DNA of 64,000 bases from Scyliorhinus canicula (GCF_902713615.1 NC_052161.1:126378678-126442677), one strand, 5' to 3'. Shown: positions 9,113 to 22,604, counted from the stretch's first letter. Notes: generated by a model from the letters alone, not told the origin. Made by a program: numbers and translations.

Positions 9113-12100
9113 CCTGAAGGTGCTGACTCTCACTGGGGTTCAGCTCCCCCTCCTCTCCCTGAAGGTGCTGACTCTCACTGGGGTTCAGCTCCCTCTCCTC
9201 TCCCTGAAGGTGCTGACTCTCACTGGGGTTCAGCTCCCCCTCCTCTCCCTGAAGGTGCTGACTCTCACTGGGGTTCAGCTCCCCCTCCTCTCCCTGAAGG
9301 TGCTGACTCTCACTGGGGTACAGCTCCCCTCCTCTCCCTGAAGGTGCTGACTCTCACTGGGGTTCAGCTCCCCCTCCTCTCCCTGAAGGTGCTGACTCTC
9401 ACTGGGGTTCAGCTCCCCCTCCTCTCCCTGAAGGTGCTGACTCTCACTGGGGTTCAGCTCCCTCTCCTCTCCCTGAAGGTGCTGACTCTCACTGGGGTTC
9501 AGCTCCCCCTCCTCTCCCTGAAGGTGCTGACTCTCACTGGGGTTCAGCTCCCTCTCCTCTCCCTGAAGGTGCTGACTCTCACTGGGGTTCAGCTCCCCCT
9601 CCTCTCCCTGAAGGTGCTGACTCTCCCTGGGGTACTGCTCCCCCTCCTCTCCCTGAAGGTGCTGACTCTCACTGGGGTTCACTCCCCCTCCTGTCCCTGA
9701 AGGTGCTGACTCTCCCTGGGGTTCAGCTCCGCCTCCTCTCCCTGAAGGTGCTGACTCTCACTGGGGTTCAGCTCCCTCTCCTCTCCCTGAAGGTGCTGAC
9801 TCTCACTGGGGTTCAGCTCCCCCTCCTCTCCCTGAAGGTGCTGACTCTCAATGGGGTTCAGCTCCCCCTCCTCTCCCTGAAGGTGCTGACTCTCCCTGGG
9901 GTACTGCTCCCCCTCCTCTCCCTGAAGGTGCTGACTCTCACTGGGGTTCAGCTCCCCCTCCTGTCCCTGAAGGTGCTGACTCTCCCTGGGGTTCAGCTCC
10001 CCCTCCTCTCCCTGAAGGTGCTGACTCTCACTGGGGTTCAGCTCCCTCTCCTCTCCCTGAAGGTGCTGACTCTCACTGGGGTTCAGCTCCCCCTCCCCTC
10101 CCTGAAGGTGCTGACTCTCCCAGGGGTTCAGCTCCCCCTCCTCTCCCTGAAGGTGCTGACTCTCACTGGGGTACAGCTCCCCCTCCTCTCCCCTCCTCTC
10201 CCTGAAGGTGCTGACTCTCACTGGGGTTCAGCTCCCCCTCTTCTCCCTGAAGGTGCTGACTCTCCCTGGGGTTCAGCTCCCCCTCCTCTCCCTGAAGGTG
10301 CTGACTCTCACTGGGGTACAGCTCCCCCTCCTCTCCCTGAAGGTGCTGACTCTCCCTGGGGTACAGCTACCCTCCTCTCCCTGAAGGTGCTGACTCTCAC
10401 TGGGGTTCAGCTCCCCCTCCTCTCCCTGAAGGTGCTGACTCTCACTGGGGTTCAGCTCCCCCTCCTCTCCCTGAAGGTGCTGCTCCCCCTCCTCTCCCTG
10501 AAGGTGCTGACTCTCACTGGGGTTCAGCTCCCCCTCCTCTCCCTGAAGGTGCTGACTCTCACTGGGGTTCAGCTCCCCCTCCTCTCCCTGAAGGTGCCGA
10601 CTCTCACTGGGGTTCAGCTCCCCCTCCTCTCCCTGAAGGTGCTGACTCTCACTGGGGTTCAGCTCCCCCTCCTCTCCCTGAAGGTGCTGCTCCCCCTCCT
10701 CTCCCTGAAGGTGCTGACTCTCACTGGGGTTCAGCTCCCCCCTCCTCTCCCTGAAGGTGCTGACTCTCACTGGGGTTCAGCTCCCCCTCCTCTCCCTGAA
10801 GGTGCTGACTCTCACTGGGGTACAGCTCCCCCTCCTCTCCCTGAAGGTGCTGACTCTCACTGGGGTTCAGCTCCCCCTCCTCTCCCTGAAGGTGCTGACT
10901 CTCACTGGGGTTCAGCTTCCCCTCTCCCTGAAGGTGCTGACTCTCACTGGGGTACAGCTCCCCCTCCTCTCCCTGAAGGTGCTGACTCTCACTGGGGTTC
11001 AGCTCCCCCTCCTCTCCCCTCCTCTCCCTGAAGGTGCTGACTCTCACTGGGGTTCAGCTCCCCCTCCTCTCCCTGAAGGTGCTGAGTCTCACTGGGGTAC
11101 AGCTCCCCCTCCTCTCCCTGAAGGTGCTGACTCTCCCTGGGGTTCAGCTCCCCCTCCTCTCCCTGAAGATGCTGACTCTCACTGGGGTTCAGCTCCCCCT
11201 CCTCTCCCTGAAGGTGCTGACTCTCACTGGGGTTCAGCTCCCCCTCCCCTCCCTGAAGGTGCTGACTCTCACTGGGGTTCAGCTCCCCCTCCTCTCCCTG
11301 AAGGTGCTGACTCTCACTGGGGTACAGCTCCCCCTCCTCTCCCTGAAGGTGCTGACTCTCACTGGGGTTCAGCTCCCCCTCCTCTCCCTGAAGGTGCTGA
11401 CTCTCACTGGGGTTCAGCTCCCCCTCCTCTCCCTGAAGGTGCTGACTCTCACTGGGGTTCAGCTCCCCCTCCTCTCCCTGAAGGTGCTGACTCTCCCTGG
11501 GGTTCAGCTCCCCCTCCTCTCCCTGAAGGTGCTGACTCTCCCTGGGGTACTGCTCCCCCTCCTCTCCCTGAAGGTGCTGACTCTCACTGGGGTTCAGCTC
11601 CCCCTCCTGTCCCTGAAGGTGCTGACTCTCCCTGGGGTTCAGCTCCCCCTCCTCTCCCTGAAGGTGCTGACTCTCACTGGGGTTCAGCTCCCTCTCCTCT
11701 CCCTGAAGGTGCTGACTCTCACTGGGGTTCAGCTCCCCCTCCTCTCCCTGAAGGTGCTGACTCTCAATGGGGTTCAGCTCCCCCTCCTCTCCCTGAAGGT
11801 GCTGACTCTCCCTGGGGTACTGCTCCCCCTCCTCTCCCTGAAGGTGCTGACTCTCACTGGGGTTCAGCTCCCCCTCCTGTCCCTGAAGGTGCTGACTCTC
11901 CCTGGGGTTCAGCTCCCCCTCCTCTCCCTGAAGGTGCTGACTCTCACTGGGGTTCAGCTCCCTCTCCTCTCCCTGAAGGTGCTGACTCTCACTGGGGTTC
12001 AGCTCCCCCTCCCCTCCCTGAAGGTGCTGACTCTCCCTGGGGTTCAGCTCCCCCTCCTCTCCCTGAAGGTGCTGACTCTCACTGGGGTACAGCTCCCCCT

Positions 12101-13352
12101 CCTCTCCCCTCCTCTCCCTGAAGGTGCTGACTCTCACTGGGGTTCAGCTCCCCCTCCTCTCCCTGAAGGTGCTGACTCTCCCTGGGGTTCAGCTCCCCCT
12201 CCTCTCCCTGAAGGTGCTGACTCTCACTGGGGTACAGCTCCCCCTCCTCTCCCTGAAGGTGCTGACTCTCCCTGGGGTACAGCTACCCTCCTCTCCCTGA
12301 AGGTGCTGACTCTCACTGGGGTTCAGCTCCCCCTCCTCTCCCTGAAGGTGCTGACTCTCCCTGGGGTTCAGCTCCCCCTCCTCTCCCTGAAGGTGCTGAC
12401 TCTCACTGGGGTTCAGCTCCCCCTCCTCTCCCTGAAGGTGCTGCTCCCCCTCCTCTCACTGAAGGTGCTGACTCTCACTGGGGTTCAGCTCCCCCTCCTC
12501 TCCCTGAAGGTGCTGACTCTCACTGGGGTTCAGCTCCCCCTCCTCTCCCTGAAGGTGCCGACTCTCACTGGGGTTCAGCTCCCCCTCCTCTCCCTGAAGG
12601 TGCTGACTCTCACTGGGGTTCAGCTCCCCCTCCTCTACCTGAAGGTGCTGCTCCCCCTCCTCTCCCTGAAGGTGCTGACTCTCACTGGGGTTCAGCTCCC
12701 CCTCCTCTCCCTGATTGTGCTGAGTCTCACTGGGGTACAGCTCCCCCTCCTCTCCCTGAAGGTGCTGACTCTCCCTGGGGTTCAGCTCCCCCTCCTCTCC
12801 CTGAAGATGCTGACTCTCACTGGGGTTCAGCTCCCCCTCCTCTCCCTGAAGGTGCTGACTCTCACTGGGGTACAGCTCCCCCTCCTCTCCCTGAAGGTGC
12901 TGACTCTCACTGGGGTTCAGCTCCCCCTCCCCTCCCTGAAGGTGCTGACTCTCACTGGGGTTCAGCTCCCCCTCCTCTCCCTGAAGGTGCTGACTCTCAC
13001 TGGGGTACAGCTCCCCCTCCTCTCCCTGAAGGTGCTGACTCTCACTGGGGTTCAGCTCCCCCTCCTCTCCCTGAAGGTGCTGACTCTCACTGGGGTACAG
13101 CTCCCCCTCCTCTCCCTGAAGGTGCTGACTCTCACTGGGGTTCAGCTCCCCCTCCTCTCCCTGAAGCTGCTGACTCTCACTGGGGTTCAGCTCCCCCTCC
13201 TCTCCCTGAAGGTGCTGACTCTGACTGGGGTCCCCTTCTCTCCCTGAAGGTGCTGACTCTCCCTGGGGTTCAGCTCCCCCTCCTCTCCCTGAAGGTGCTG
13301 ACTCTCACTGGGGTCCCCTTCTCTCCCTGAAGGTGCTGACTCTCCCTGGGGT
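9113..13352 (+). repeat. 45-bp minisatellite, ~95 copies
   Basis: Unit cctgaaggtgctgactctcactggggttcagctccccctcctctc; produces 15-aa periodic pseudo-ORFs on both strands. Confidence 0.97.
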
Positions 13353-13578
13353 CCAGTCCATTTGTACCCGCAGCTCATCATTATCTCACCTAAAATTGCC
13401 ATTTTTCAGCGACAAGAACCAGACCACCATGTTGCCAGACAATTTGATCATGGCAGGTAGCACAACCAAACTCAGTCCTTGCCTGACCTTTATCCACACT
13501 ACATTCCATCAGGAGTAGCTATTTAGCAATCAGAAACTGGAATCCCAGTTGAAATTCTTTTCCCAATCCTCACAGGGT

Positions 13579-14005
13579 CATAGAATTGTTCTGGCGCAGA
13601 AGGAGGCCACCTTGTCTGCACCAGCCCTCTAAGTGAGCATGATGGCTTAGTGCAATGACCCTGCCTTTTCTCCAGGTCCCTGCATATTGCTTCTACAGTA
13701 TTCAAGTAATAATCTAATGCCCTCTTCAATGATTGAATTGAGCCTGCCTCCGCCACACTTCCAGACTGTGCATTCCAGACCACAACCACCTACTGTGTGA
13801 AAAGGTTTTTTCTCACATCACATTTTCTTCTTTCGAAAATCGCCTTCACTGTTCTTTGAGTCTTTCACGAGCTGGAACCGTTTCTCCCCGTCTACCGTGT
13901 CCAGCCCACCCATGATTTTGAACATCTCTATCAAATCTCCGTCTAGCCTTCTCCTCTCCAAGGAGAACAGTCCCAACCTCTCCACTTATAATCAGAACTG
14001 AAGTT
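13579..14005 (-). mobile_element. CR1-type LINE 3' fragment
   Basis: Minus reads WNAQSGSVAEAGSIQSLKRALD (CR1 ORF2 end like) followed by a ggcctccttctg...ttctatg tail. Confidence 0.65.
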
Positions 14006-14865
14006 ACTCAGAGGCACTGAAGTGAATTGTTGCAGTAAATTTCCAAATGCAGCAAGACCTGGGCAATACCAACTCCAGTTTCCTCCCACAATCCAAAGCT
14101 GTGCAGGTTAGGTGGATTGACCGCGCTAAATTGTCCCTTAGTGTCCAGGGATGTGCGTGTTAGGTTATGGGGTTACGGGAATAGGACGGGGTGGGCAGGT
14201 GATTGGATATGGATAGAGTGCTCATTCAAAGGGCTGGTGCTGACCTGATGGGCCGAAGGGCCTCCTTCTGCACTGTCGGGATTCTATGAATGTGGAACTT
14301 GCTACCACATTGAACTGTTGAATAATTGCCAAATAATGTAGGTGGCCTTAAGGGGAAGCTAGATAGGTACATGAGGAAGAAAGGAATGGAAAATGCTGAT
14401 CGGGTTACTTAAGTATAAGGAATAGGAGCCATTCGTACCTTAGGATCTGTTCCTGGTTCGGCAGAATTATGGCTGATCTTCCACCTCAGTCAGCATCAGT
14501 AAAATAGTTGATAAGGTGATTGGAGATCAGCTGTCATCTTAGACTCTATTTGTTCAGGGTCCCGCACAATTACACAGTTCTCAGGTTGCTTCAAATCACA
14601 GAATATCAGGGCAGCTTACTCGGTCTCCTGCTGCCCTGCCGTATCCCTGGTGAATCTGCTCATTGCTGAAGCTAATGCCCTCATCGCCCCTGGGGATGAC
14701 TGTATGAGTGGCCCATGGTGATTGTAATTGTGCAAAGTCCTTTCTGTTCCCATTTTCTCGAAGCTCCATGTTTTGTATTTCGAAAGCAAGGATAACGGGG
14801 ATTATATTCCACAATCATTTCAAAAGAACCCCCAAAAGTTCAAACAGGTACGAAAAGTAATTAAC

Positions 14866-15424
14866 GGCCGCGATTTTCCCAGAAGGGAACAAAGTTCCCC
14901 AGCAAGCGTGTTTAGCCACCTGTTTCCCGGCGCTCACAGTGCGAGAAACTCATGGCTGTTCAGCGTGACTCGCTTTGAATAAGGGGCCTAAACGGGGAAC
15001 GTAGCCTCGTTTTGTGCAGTGGGGAGCTCTGCTCGCCGGAACTCACCTTGTAGCGAAAGGGGCGTCCCGATCAGCGCGACCCCCAAAACGATCCGTGACT
15101 TCTCCCCAGCCCGATGCATTGTAGGAGGGTCCCCGCCTCCCCACCCCTAAACATCCTCGCCGGGCAACCCCGGCCCGATCGCACGCGTGAAAAAAATGCC
15201 AGCTTGGCACCTTGGCAGCGTCAGCCTGGCACCCTGGCATTGCCCATGGCAGCTAGCAGTGCCAGGCTAACAACCAGGCGGTGAGCGGAGCTCCCGATTG
15301 TACCAAACGGGACTATGTGCGCCCCTGTAGAATGGTCATGTGTTTGTCGGCACTGCGTGTGCTCGGAAACACACGGCTGAACCCGCTCGCTAGGGGACTT
15401 TGTTCCCTTTTGGGAGAATAGCCC
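14866..15424. mobile_element. non-autonomous DNA transposon (MITE-like) with ~90-bp imperfect TIRs
   Basis: Left gattttcccagaagggaacaaagttcccc... matches the reverse complement of right ...ggggactttgttcccttttgggagaatagccc. Confidence 0.7.
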
Positions 15425-15650
15425 ACAGTAAATACCCATTTTAAGTTGCCTCATTCAGCGTCGTTCTGCTTCAGTGTCACAGGTATGATGGGGCTGGTGC
15501 GTGCACTGAGATCTCCTCTTTAGCATCAGTTCACGTGAGGGCCGCGGAGCATCACGTGACCTGACCAACACCATTTAGCTGCAGCCTCTCCTCCTTGACT
15601 CTGTCCTGCAACCCATCCCTCCTCCTTCCTAACCTTCCAACTCCTCAAAA

Positions 15651-16400
15651 CAGCAGAGAATCGCGGGGGGGCAGAGAGTCGGGGTGGCTAGGGGGGGCAG
15701 AGAGTAGGGGTGGGTGGGGGGGCAGAGAGTCGGGGTGGCTAGGGGGGGCAGAGAGTAGGGGTGGGTGGGGGGGGCAGAGAGTAGGGGTGGGTGGGGGAGC
15801 AGAGAGTCAGGGTGGGTGGGGGGGCAGAGAGTCGGGTGGGTGGGGGGGGCAGAGAGTAGGGGTGGGTGGGGGGGGCAGAGAGTCGGGTGGGTGGGGGGGG
15901 CAGAGAGTTGGGGTGGTGGGTGGGGGGTGCAGAGAGTCGGGGTGGGTGGGGGGGGCAGAGAGTCGGGGTGGGTGGGGGGGCAGAGAGTCGGGTGGGTGGG
16001 GGGGCAGAGAGTTGGGGTGGTGGGTGGGGGGGGGCAGAGAGTCGGGGTAGGTGGGAGGAGCAGAGAGTCAGGGTGGGTGGAAGGAGCAGAGAGTCAGGGT
16101 GGGTGGGGGGGCAGAGAGTCGGGGTGGTTGGAAGGAGCAGAGAGTCAGGGTGGGTGGGTGGTGGGGCAGAGAGTCGGGGTGTGTGGGGGGGCAGAGAGTT
16201 GGGGTGGGTGGGGGGGGCAGAGAGTCGGGGTGGGTGGGAGGAGCAGAGAGTCAGGGTGGGCGGAAGTAGCAGAGAGTCAGGGTGGGTGGGGGTGTGGGGC
16301 AGAGAGTCGGGGTGGGTGGGAGGAGCAGAGAGTCGGAGTCGGTGGGGGGGTGCAGAGGGTCCGGTGGGGGGCAGCAGAGAGTCAGTAGGAGGGGCAGGGT
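15651..16400 (+). repeat. G-rich ~26-bp tandem repeat
   Basis: Unit approximately gcagagagtcggggtgggtggggggg, close to 30 copies. Confidence 0.92.
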
Positions 16401-17329
16401 GCGGCAGAGTGACGGGCGGAAGGCTAAGCCAGTGGGAGAGGTGGCGAGAAGGAGTTAAGTAGAACATTTATTTTATTTTACTAGGATTTAGGAATGTTCA
16501 ATTGCAGGGTATAATGCTTTCATGTTTTATTCTGATGAAGGGAGGTCCTACTGAACCTAACTAAAGCTTTTACATTCGTTATAATTAGAGAATCTGATTC
16601 AGGAATGCAACGACAAAGTAAAGGGCAGAATTACTGTACATCAGACTGGCAATCTAGAATCTTCTCTATTTCTGCCACACTTGCCACACATTTGCAGGGC
16701 AAAGTTCAGTGTCACAAAAGTTTTGAATTCCGGAAGCAGAGTCTAAATTATGGAACAGACTCTCAAAGTTTTGGAACTTTTATTACTTTGAAATATACTG
16801 CTAACCCAGTGAAATGTTAGCATTCAAATCTGTCGGGGGGTTTTTTCCCCACTGCTTTTAATCTTATTTCTTGATCAGATCAGTTTGTAGAACAAACCGT
16901 CTGGCAGGCTGGGGTTTGGCATGAGAAGGGGAGAACTCCAAAGTACAGAGTAATAGCCCACCCTATTTCCGATGTGTGTCTAACAGAGAAAGAGGTCCTT
17001 GTTCTCCCTGAGACCTGCTCCCCCAAGTTACCTAATGCGTAAAATCACGATTGATAGGAGATGTGTTTTTAGTGATGGAAAGCTTTATGTTGAGCTTTAT
17101 TTGAAAAAGAATGGAGTGCTCCCTGGAGTCCCGGGCATTATTTACTGACAACCAACATCACCAAACCATTTAGCTACCATCTTTCCTGCATCAAAACAGT
17201 GAATAAAGGTGAGATGTACTTTGTTGGCGGTGGTGTTTGTGGATGTCTTGAGGCCATGAGAAGGTCCATATAAATACAGGTCTTTTTCTTTCATGCACAG
17301 AAAGTCCAAATCACAACATGATTTCCTCC

Positions 17330-17830
17330 TCTGTTTGAGAATTGTCCACTTGTCGTTTTACTGTGGCTGAGGTTGTTGTGTTAAAGATCTTGGGCATGGG
17401 TGGACTGCTCCATGGTCCAAGGCTACTCCTCAGGCACCCTGTATCACAACATCCCGTTCCCCCAAAATTCAATAGGTGTGGCCACCTTTTCAATACAATC
17501 TTAAAGTTAAATAACCTCTGAAATTGAGTTGTTCAAATACCACATTCACCACAGAGAAGTCTTTGTGGAAATAGGCTTTGCGGTATGGAAGAAGGAGAAC
17601 TCCTTCTCCCTCGGATGGTTGAACCTCACAGGTCCACCCCCCCTCCCATCTGCTAAAGTGTCTAGCTCCTACCCCATTCCTGGTTTTGCCCCCAATCTGA
17701 GGCTGGACTTGTCTAGCGCTGGATCCTGCACACAGTTGAAGTCTCTCCCCATAATTAGTTGGTGGGAGTCCAGGACGGAGATTTCCGCCATCATTTTTTT
17801 AATGAACTCACGGTCATCCCAGCTCATAGC
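17330..17830 (-). mobile_element. degenerate L1-type ORF2 endonuclease-region fragment
   Basis: Minus reads WDDREFIKKMM..LDSHQLIMGRDFNCVQDPALDKSS, like the APE-endonuclease GDFN motif region. Confidence 0.6.
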
Positions 17831-18699
17831 CAACATGAGGTCCAACCAGAGCTGGCACCTCAATCCAACACTTACCCTAGCTCATCACTCAGCTACCTGT
17901 TTCTCGTTTAACAAAGACTGTAGGATGTTTCAATGCATTAAAGGCAGTTTATATAAATGTTGTTTATAGATGTCACATCACACTGGAAGTCTCCATTAAG
18001 CTGATCATGCCCTGGTAATCTTGCCCTCAAAGCCCAAGCAGTTTCATCCTATTTTGTTCCTATCATTCTTATTCCTACTTGAATTCCTTATGACTAGGAG
18101 TTTTGAAAAGGTTGTACTTAACCCTGTTGCCTCACTGGTAGATAAATCAATAAATAAATGGTAGATAAAGGAGAATGGAGCACGGGATTGGGACTAATTA
18201 GATTGTTCGACAGAGAGCCAGCATCAACTCTTATGGGCCAAATGGCCATTTCTATGCCTTACTGACTCTATGACTAGCCTCTATTCACATAGCATCTTTA
18301 ATGTTGAAAGACATCTCAAGGCATCACTCAAAAGTGACTATCAGACAACATTTGACAATGATTTAAATCTGAGCCCTCCTCCCAAATGCAGGAGCACTGC
18401 CATAAATTCAAGCATTAAGTATTGCCTGGATGGCACCTTCTTACTCAGTTAGCTTAGGGATTGAATATAGACGTCCTGCTCTATGTCTCCCCTTGATAGC
18501 ACCGAATATAATGAATGTCAAAATTGATAGGATTTTATTCTCATTCACGTTCATCATCTGAAGACAGAAATGTGCCCTCCTGCCTGACACAGCCTGTTCT
18601 GAAATTCTCCATGGCCTTGCTCCCCCTTTGCTTTGTCACCTCCTTCAGCCTTACAACCCTCCGAGACTTCTGCGCTCCTCCAATTCTGGTCTCTTGCTC

Positions 18700-19062
18700 G
18701 GGTGTTCAAGATTGAGTGGTTTGGAAGAGTAAATAAAGAGAAGCTGTTTCAGGCTGCAGAAGGGATGGGCACCAAAGGGCACAGGTTTAAGGTCCTTGGC
18801 AAAAGTATCGGAGGCGGCATGAGGAAATGCTCATTCTACACAGCACGTCTTTATAACCTGGAATGTACTGCCTGATAGGTCAGTGGGACCAGATTCAATA
18901 GTAACTTTCATGGGGGAACTGGATAAGTACTTGAAGGAAACAAAATGTACCCGGCTGTGGAAAAAGGTGGGTGAGATTAATTGGATGGTTCTAACAAAGA
19001 GGCAGCACAAGAATGATGAGCCGAATGGCCTCCTTTAGTACTGCATCATTCTATGATTCTAT
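18700..19062 (+). mobile_element. CR1-type LINE 3' fragment
   Basis: KEKLF...TKGHRFKV...FYT; tggaatgtactgcctga; ccgaatggcctcc...ttctatgattcta tail. Confidence 0.7.
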
Positions 19063-20734
19063 AATCTCCAATGTCTTCCCTCTACCGTTGCCAGTTGCCA
19101 GAATTCCCTCCCCGAACTTGTCCATCTCTCCTTTAAGAGGCTCCTTAAAACTACATCTTTGACTAAACCTCTGAGCTAAATATTGCCTTGTGTGACTTGA
19201 TGTCAAACTTTGATAATCATTCCCTTCAGATGGCTCAAAACGTTTTACCTCAAAGGCACTGTGTGAGTGCAAGCTGCTGTTGTAAGGGCACAGCCTTGCT
19301 TGTCTGTGTGTTACATTCTCTGATGAACACTCCCTTTGTGGACAGCATTCTCTCAGCAGTACATGCCCCATGCACTTCAATGGGATCAATTGCTAATGGA
19401 TCCCTGCTGGTAGAGAGAGCACTATAGTGGTGCAGTGTGAAGAGCGGCTCTTATTTTGACACGCACCCTTTTCCCAGCCTGCTATTTCATCGAGCCCTTG
19501 TGCCTATTTTAGTCTCTCAGTCAGTGTGTAAGTGTGATGTAGTAGGAGTATGCCTGCCTTGATTTGTCATAATGCAGGGATGATCATTCTGCGGCATTGC
19601 AGGTACAAGAGAGAAGGACAAAAGAAAGAGAGAGAGAGCTGGAATTCTGAAGAGGCCTCATGGAAGTCCCCACCTGTCAGATGGCCGCTTGCGGGGGGAG
19701 GGTGATGCAGGGGCGTGTTCCAACAGCCCCTGCAGTCAGTCAAGCACTTGGCTGTTGTTCTTTGGGAATCTTGAGTCCTCATTGGGATTCGGAGGGAGGG
19801 AAGGAGAAAAGGGAGTGGGGGTGGACTGTCAAAGGGTTTGCTCTTCGTTTAGTCAAAGTGACAGGGCTTGCAGGGTGAGCTTAAAATCTGGAGCACTCAA
19901 AGTGGGGCAACTGTTTACCTCCAGCACGTGCGAGTATGCAGAGAGGGGCCCACAGGGCTCCTGGTTTCTCCTGTGCTGCAGTGGCTGCCTTCTGTACTAT
20001 TTAAAAACACAAAAAAGGGGGAGAAAGAGCCACGGGAGATTGTTTTTGTCCTGAGAGAGAAATTACTAAGCAGAGAGCTCCAGATGACAAGTGAAGTGCA
20101 AGGTATTGAACTCCTCAGAGCTGTGTGTGTGTGTGTGTCTGTGTTTCTTTGTGTGTGTTTGTAGCTTTCTACGGGTTGTGTGTATTACTGTCCAGAAAAT
20201 ATATTTCACTGTGTGTTAATAAGGCACTGACTGGGGAATTGCTTCTCCTTAACTGGTGCTTGCTTTTATTGAACAGATCTCAGGGCAGCGTGGAGTGTTC
20301 TGTGTGCCTGCCGCTCTTTGTCTGAAGTTCATTTTCTTCTGTTTAACTGTCTCTGTTTACCTTCCTTCGAAGGGCACTGCAATGAGTTCATGTGTTCCCT
20401 ACAATACTCTTGCCGAGCAAAAATGTGCTGCAAAACACTCTCAGAAGTAATTCTCTTTTTGAAGGGGAGGAGAGAGATATTAAACTCAAATTTGCCTTCC
20501 TGCTGCTGAATATTATTTTATTAAATAACATTGTTCTGTTAATTCTGTTGGAAAATGTATGTGCCAGTCCCAAAGCTTGTGGGGAATTCAGGGAAATTTA
20601 TTTTCTGTGGGTCCTGAAGGGAACAATAACTTGGAATCAGTATAGCTACCAAAAGTATAGTTTTATAACTCTGTCTCAGTGATGATTTCTCTCACATGAA
20701 GGAGGTTATCAGAACCTAGTTTTTTTTAAAAGTT

Positions 20735-21125
20735 GCTCAGGATGGCGTGGTGAGAGATTCTGAGCACCAAAATCTAGATTGTAGCTCCAGTATACTGACT
20801 GAGGCAGTGCTACACTGTTGGAGGTGCTGTCTTTTGGTCGAGACGTTAAACCGAAACCTCATCTGCCCCCTAATGTGGACGTCAAAGATCCCCGGCACTA
20901 TTTTGACAAAGGGCTGGGCAGTTCTCCATGGTGCCCTGCGAAATTTCCATCCCCCAATCAACATCGAAAAACAGACGATTTGGTAATTCTCACTTTGCTA
21001 CTCACTGTTTGCAGATTGGCTGCCACACTTCCTACATTACAACAGTGATCACACCTTAAAAAATACTTCAATGGCTGTGAAACGCAAGGGCACATCCTCG
21101 GTTGTGAAAGCAGTTGTATAAAGAC
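20735..21125 (+). mobile_element. Deu-domain-like SINE (SacSINE1/AmnSINE1-like)
   Basis: gtgctacactgttggaggtgctgtcttt..gagacgttaaaccga..gtggacgtcaaagatccc; related copies at ~24372-24795 (+), ~45250-45650 (-), ~56885-57225 (+). Family assignment is from memory. Confidence 0.55.
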
Positions 21126-21860
21126 AAGCCAATATTTTCTCGTGGAATGTTAAACTATGTTTAAGTGAGTTTCACACAGTCTGCCAGAAGTGAGCTTCCC
21201 TGTTAAAAGGGCAGTGTCTTCACTGGGAGAAGTTTGTTAACCTACTTTCCTTCCTGTCCCACAAAAGCTGGCATCGGACCATGCTTGTGGGGAGGAATGT
21301 GACATGACGGCTTCGGCACGGTGTCTGTGATCCCACCAATAATACCTTAGACATTGGTAAACAAACAAACCCTTCTGTTGTATCTTCCTGAAAACAGACT
21401 TCAAATGATTTATGAAGGACAAAGTCTGCAGAATGGTAAACATTGGCAAGTATTTAAGTTTGACTTTTTGATATACACACACATTTCCTGTACAAGGACA
21501 TTCACCGACGCACGCCATAAAAGGCAATGTCTCTCAGCTTTTAGATTGAATTATAGCATATTTACAGCACAGTATCAGGTTGTTTATCCACTTGATTCAC
21601 ATTGTGGTCCACATGAGCCTCCTCCATCTCACCCTTACTTCACTTCACCCAATTAGTAACATGCTTGTCTAGCTTCCCCTTAATGCTGTCTCTCTCCACT
21701 ATCCCAACAAATACTTTCAGGGCAGCATGGGTTAGATACAAAGGAAGGCTCCCTGTACACTGCCCCATCAAGCATTCCCAGGGCAGGTACAGTACAGGAT
21801 CGATATAGACTAAAGCTCCTTTTGTACTATTGGCAAGTAGATTGAGAGAACCCAAACACT

Positions 21861-22030
21861 TGAAATGAAAATCGCTTATTGTCACGAGTAGGCTTCAATG
21901 AAGTTACTGTGAAAAGCCCCCAGTCGCCACATTCCGGCGCCTGTTCGGGGAGGCTGGTACGGGAATTGAACCGTGCGCTGCTGGCCTGCTTTAAAAGCCA
22001 ACGATTTAGCCCAGTGTGCTAAACCAGCCT
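21861..22030 (-). mobile_element. short tRNA-derived SINE
   Basis: Same family as 1342-1517; (TTTCA)n tail on minus. Confidence 0.8.
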
Positions 22031-22604
22031 CTAACACTTCATCCAGGACTCGTGCCCAGCAGACAAAGGAGACTTTTGTGCCAACGGCCGACTTTGGGAG
22101 TGAGTCCAGTTCTCCGAGGTGAAAGGCTGGTGTATAACTAATACTGCCACCTGGTCCTTCCTGTGTGATTTGTAATTCCTTTATTTGTACTCACGCTTCC
22201 TCTCTCGGTTGTGCTGTACTCAGCCAAACAAGCATGTGGAGATACAGGTGAAAAGTTGCATCCAGTCATTTAAAGTTGTGATATATTTCTTTAAATCTAC
22301 GTTTGCTTTGCTTTTTCACCTGTTATATGTTAAAGCCACCAGGAGCCCAAAGTTGATAAAGATCAATTGGGTTTCAAATATATAACTTGACGTCAAAGAA
22401 GAAGATTATTAATCAGTATTTTACCGAGCATGGTCCTTGTAGCTGGAGGCTGTTTCAGGGCTGGACATTTTATTGAGCGCCGCCAGATGGTACAATAAGG
22501 AGCGCCGCAGGTACATCAGGATTTCTTTCAGCGTATCTTCACACCCACATTTTTTTACCCTTTGGGGATTAGTGGGGTAAGTGGTGGAAGGATTCCTATA
22601 ATCC

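Noticed and set aside
8990-13247. Long ORFs (up to 737 aa) with 15-aa periodicity on both strands
   Set aside because: Translation artefacts of a 45-bp minisatellite; indels switch frames freely and there is no credible start or splice context.
9113-13352. CRISPR-like array
   Set aside because: Units are head-to-tail with no unique spacers, no cas genes, and the DNA is vertebrate.
15595-16467. Gly/Trp- and Pro-rich ORFs
   Set aside because: Products of the G-rich tandem repeat.
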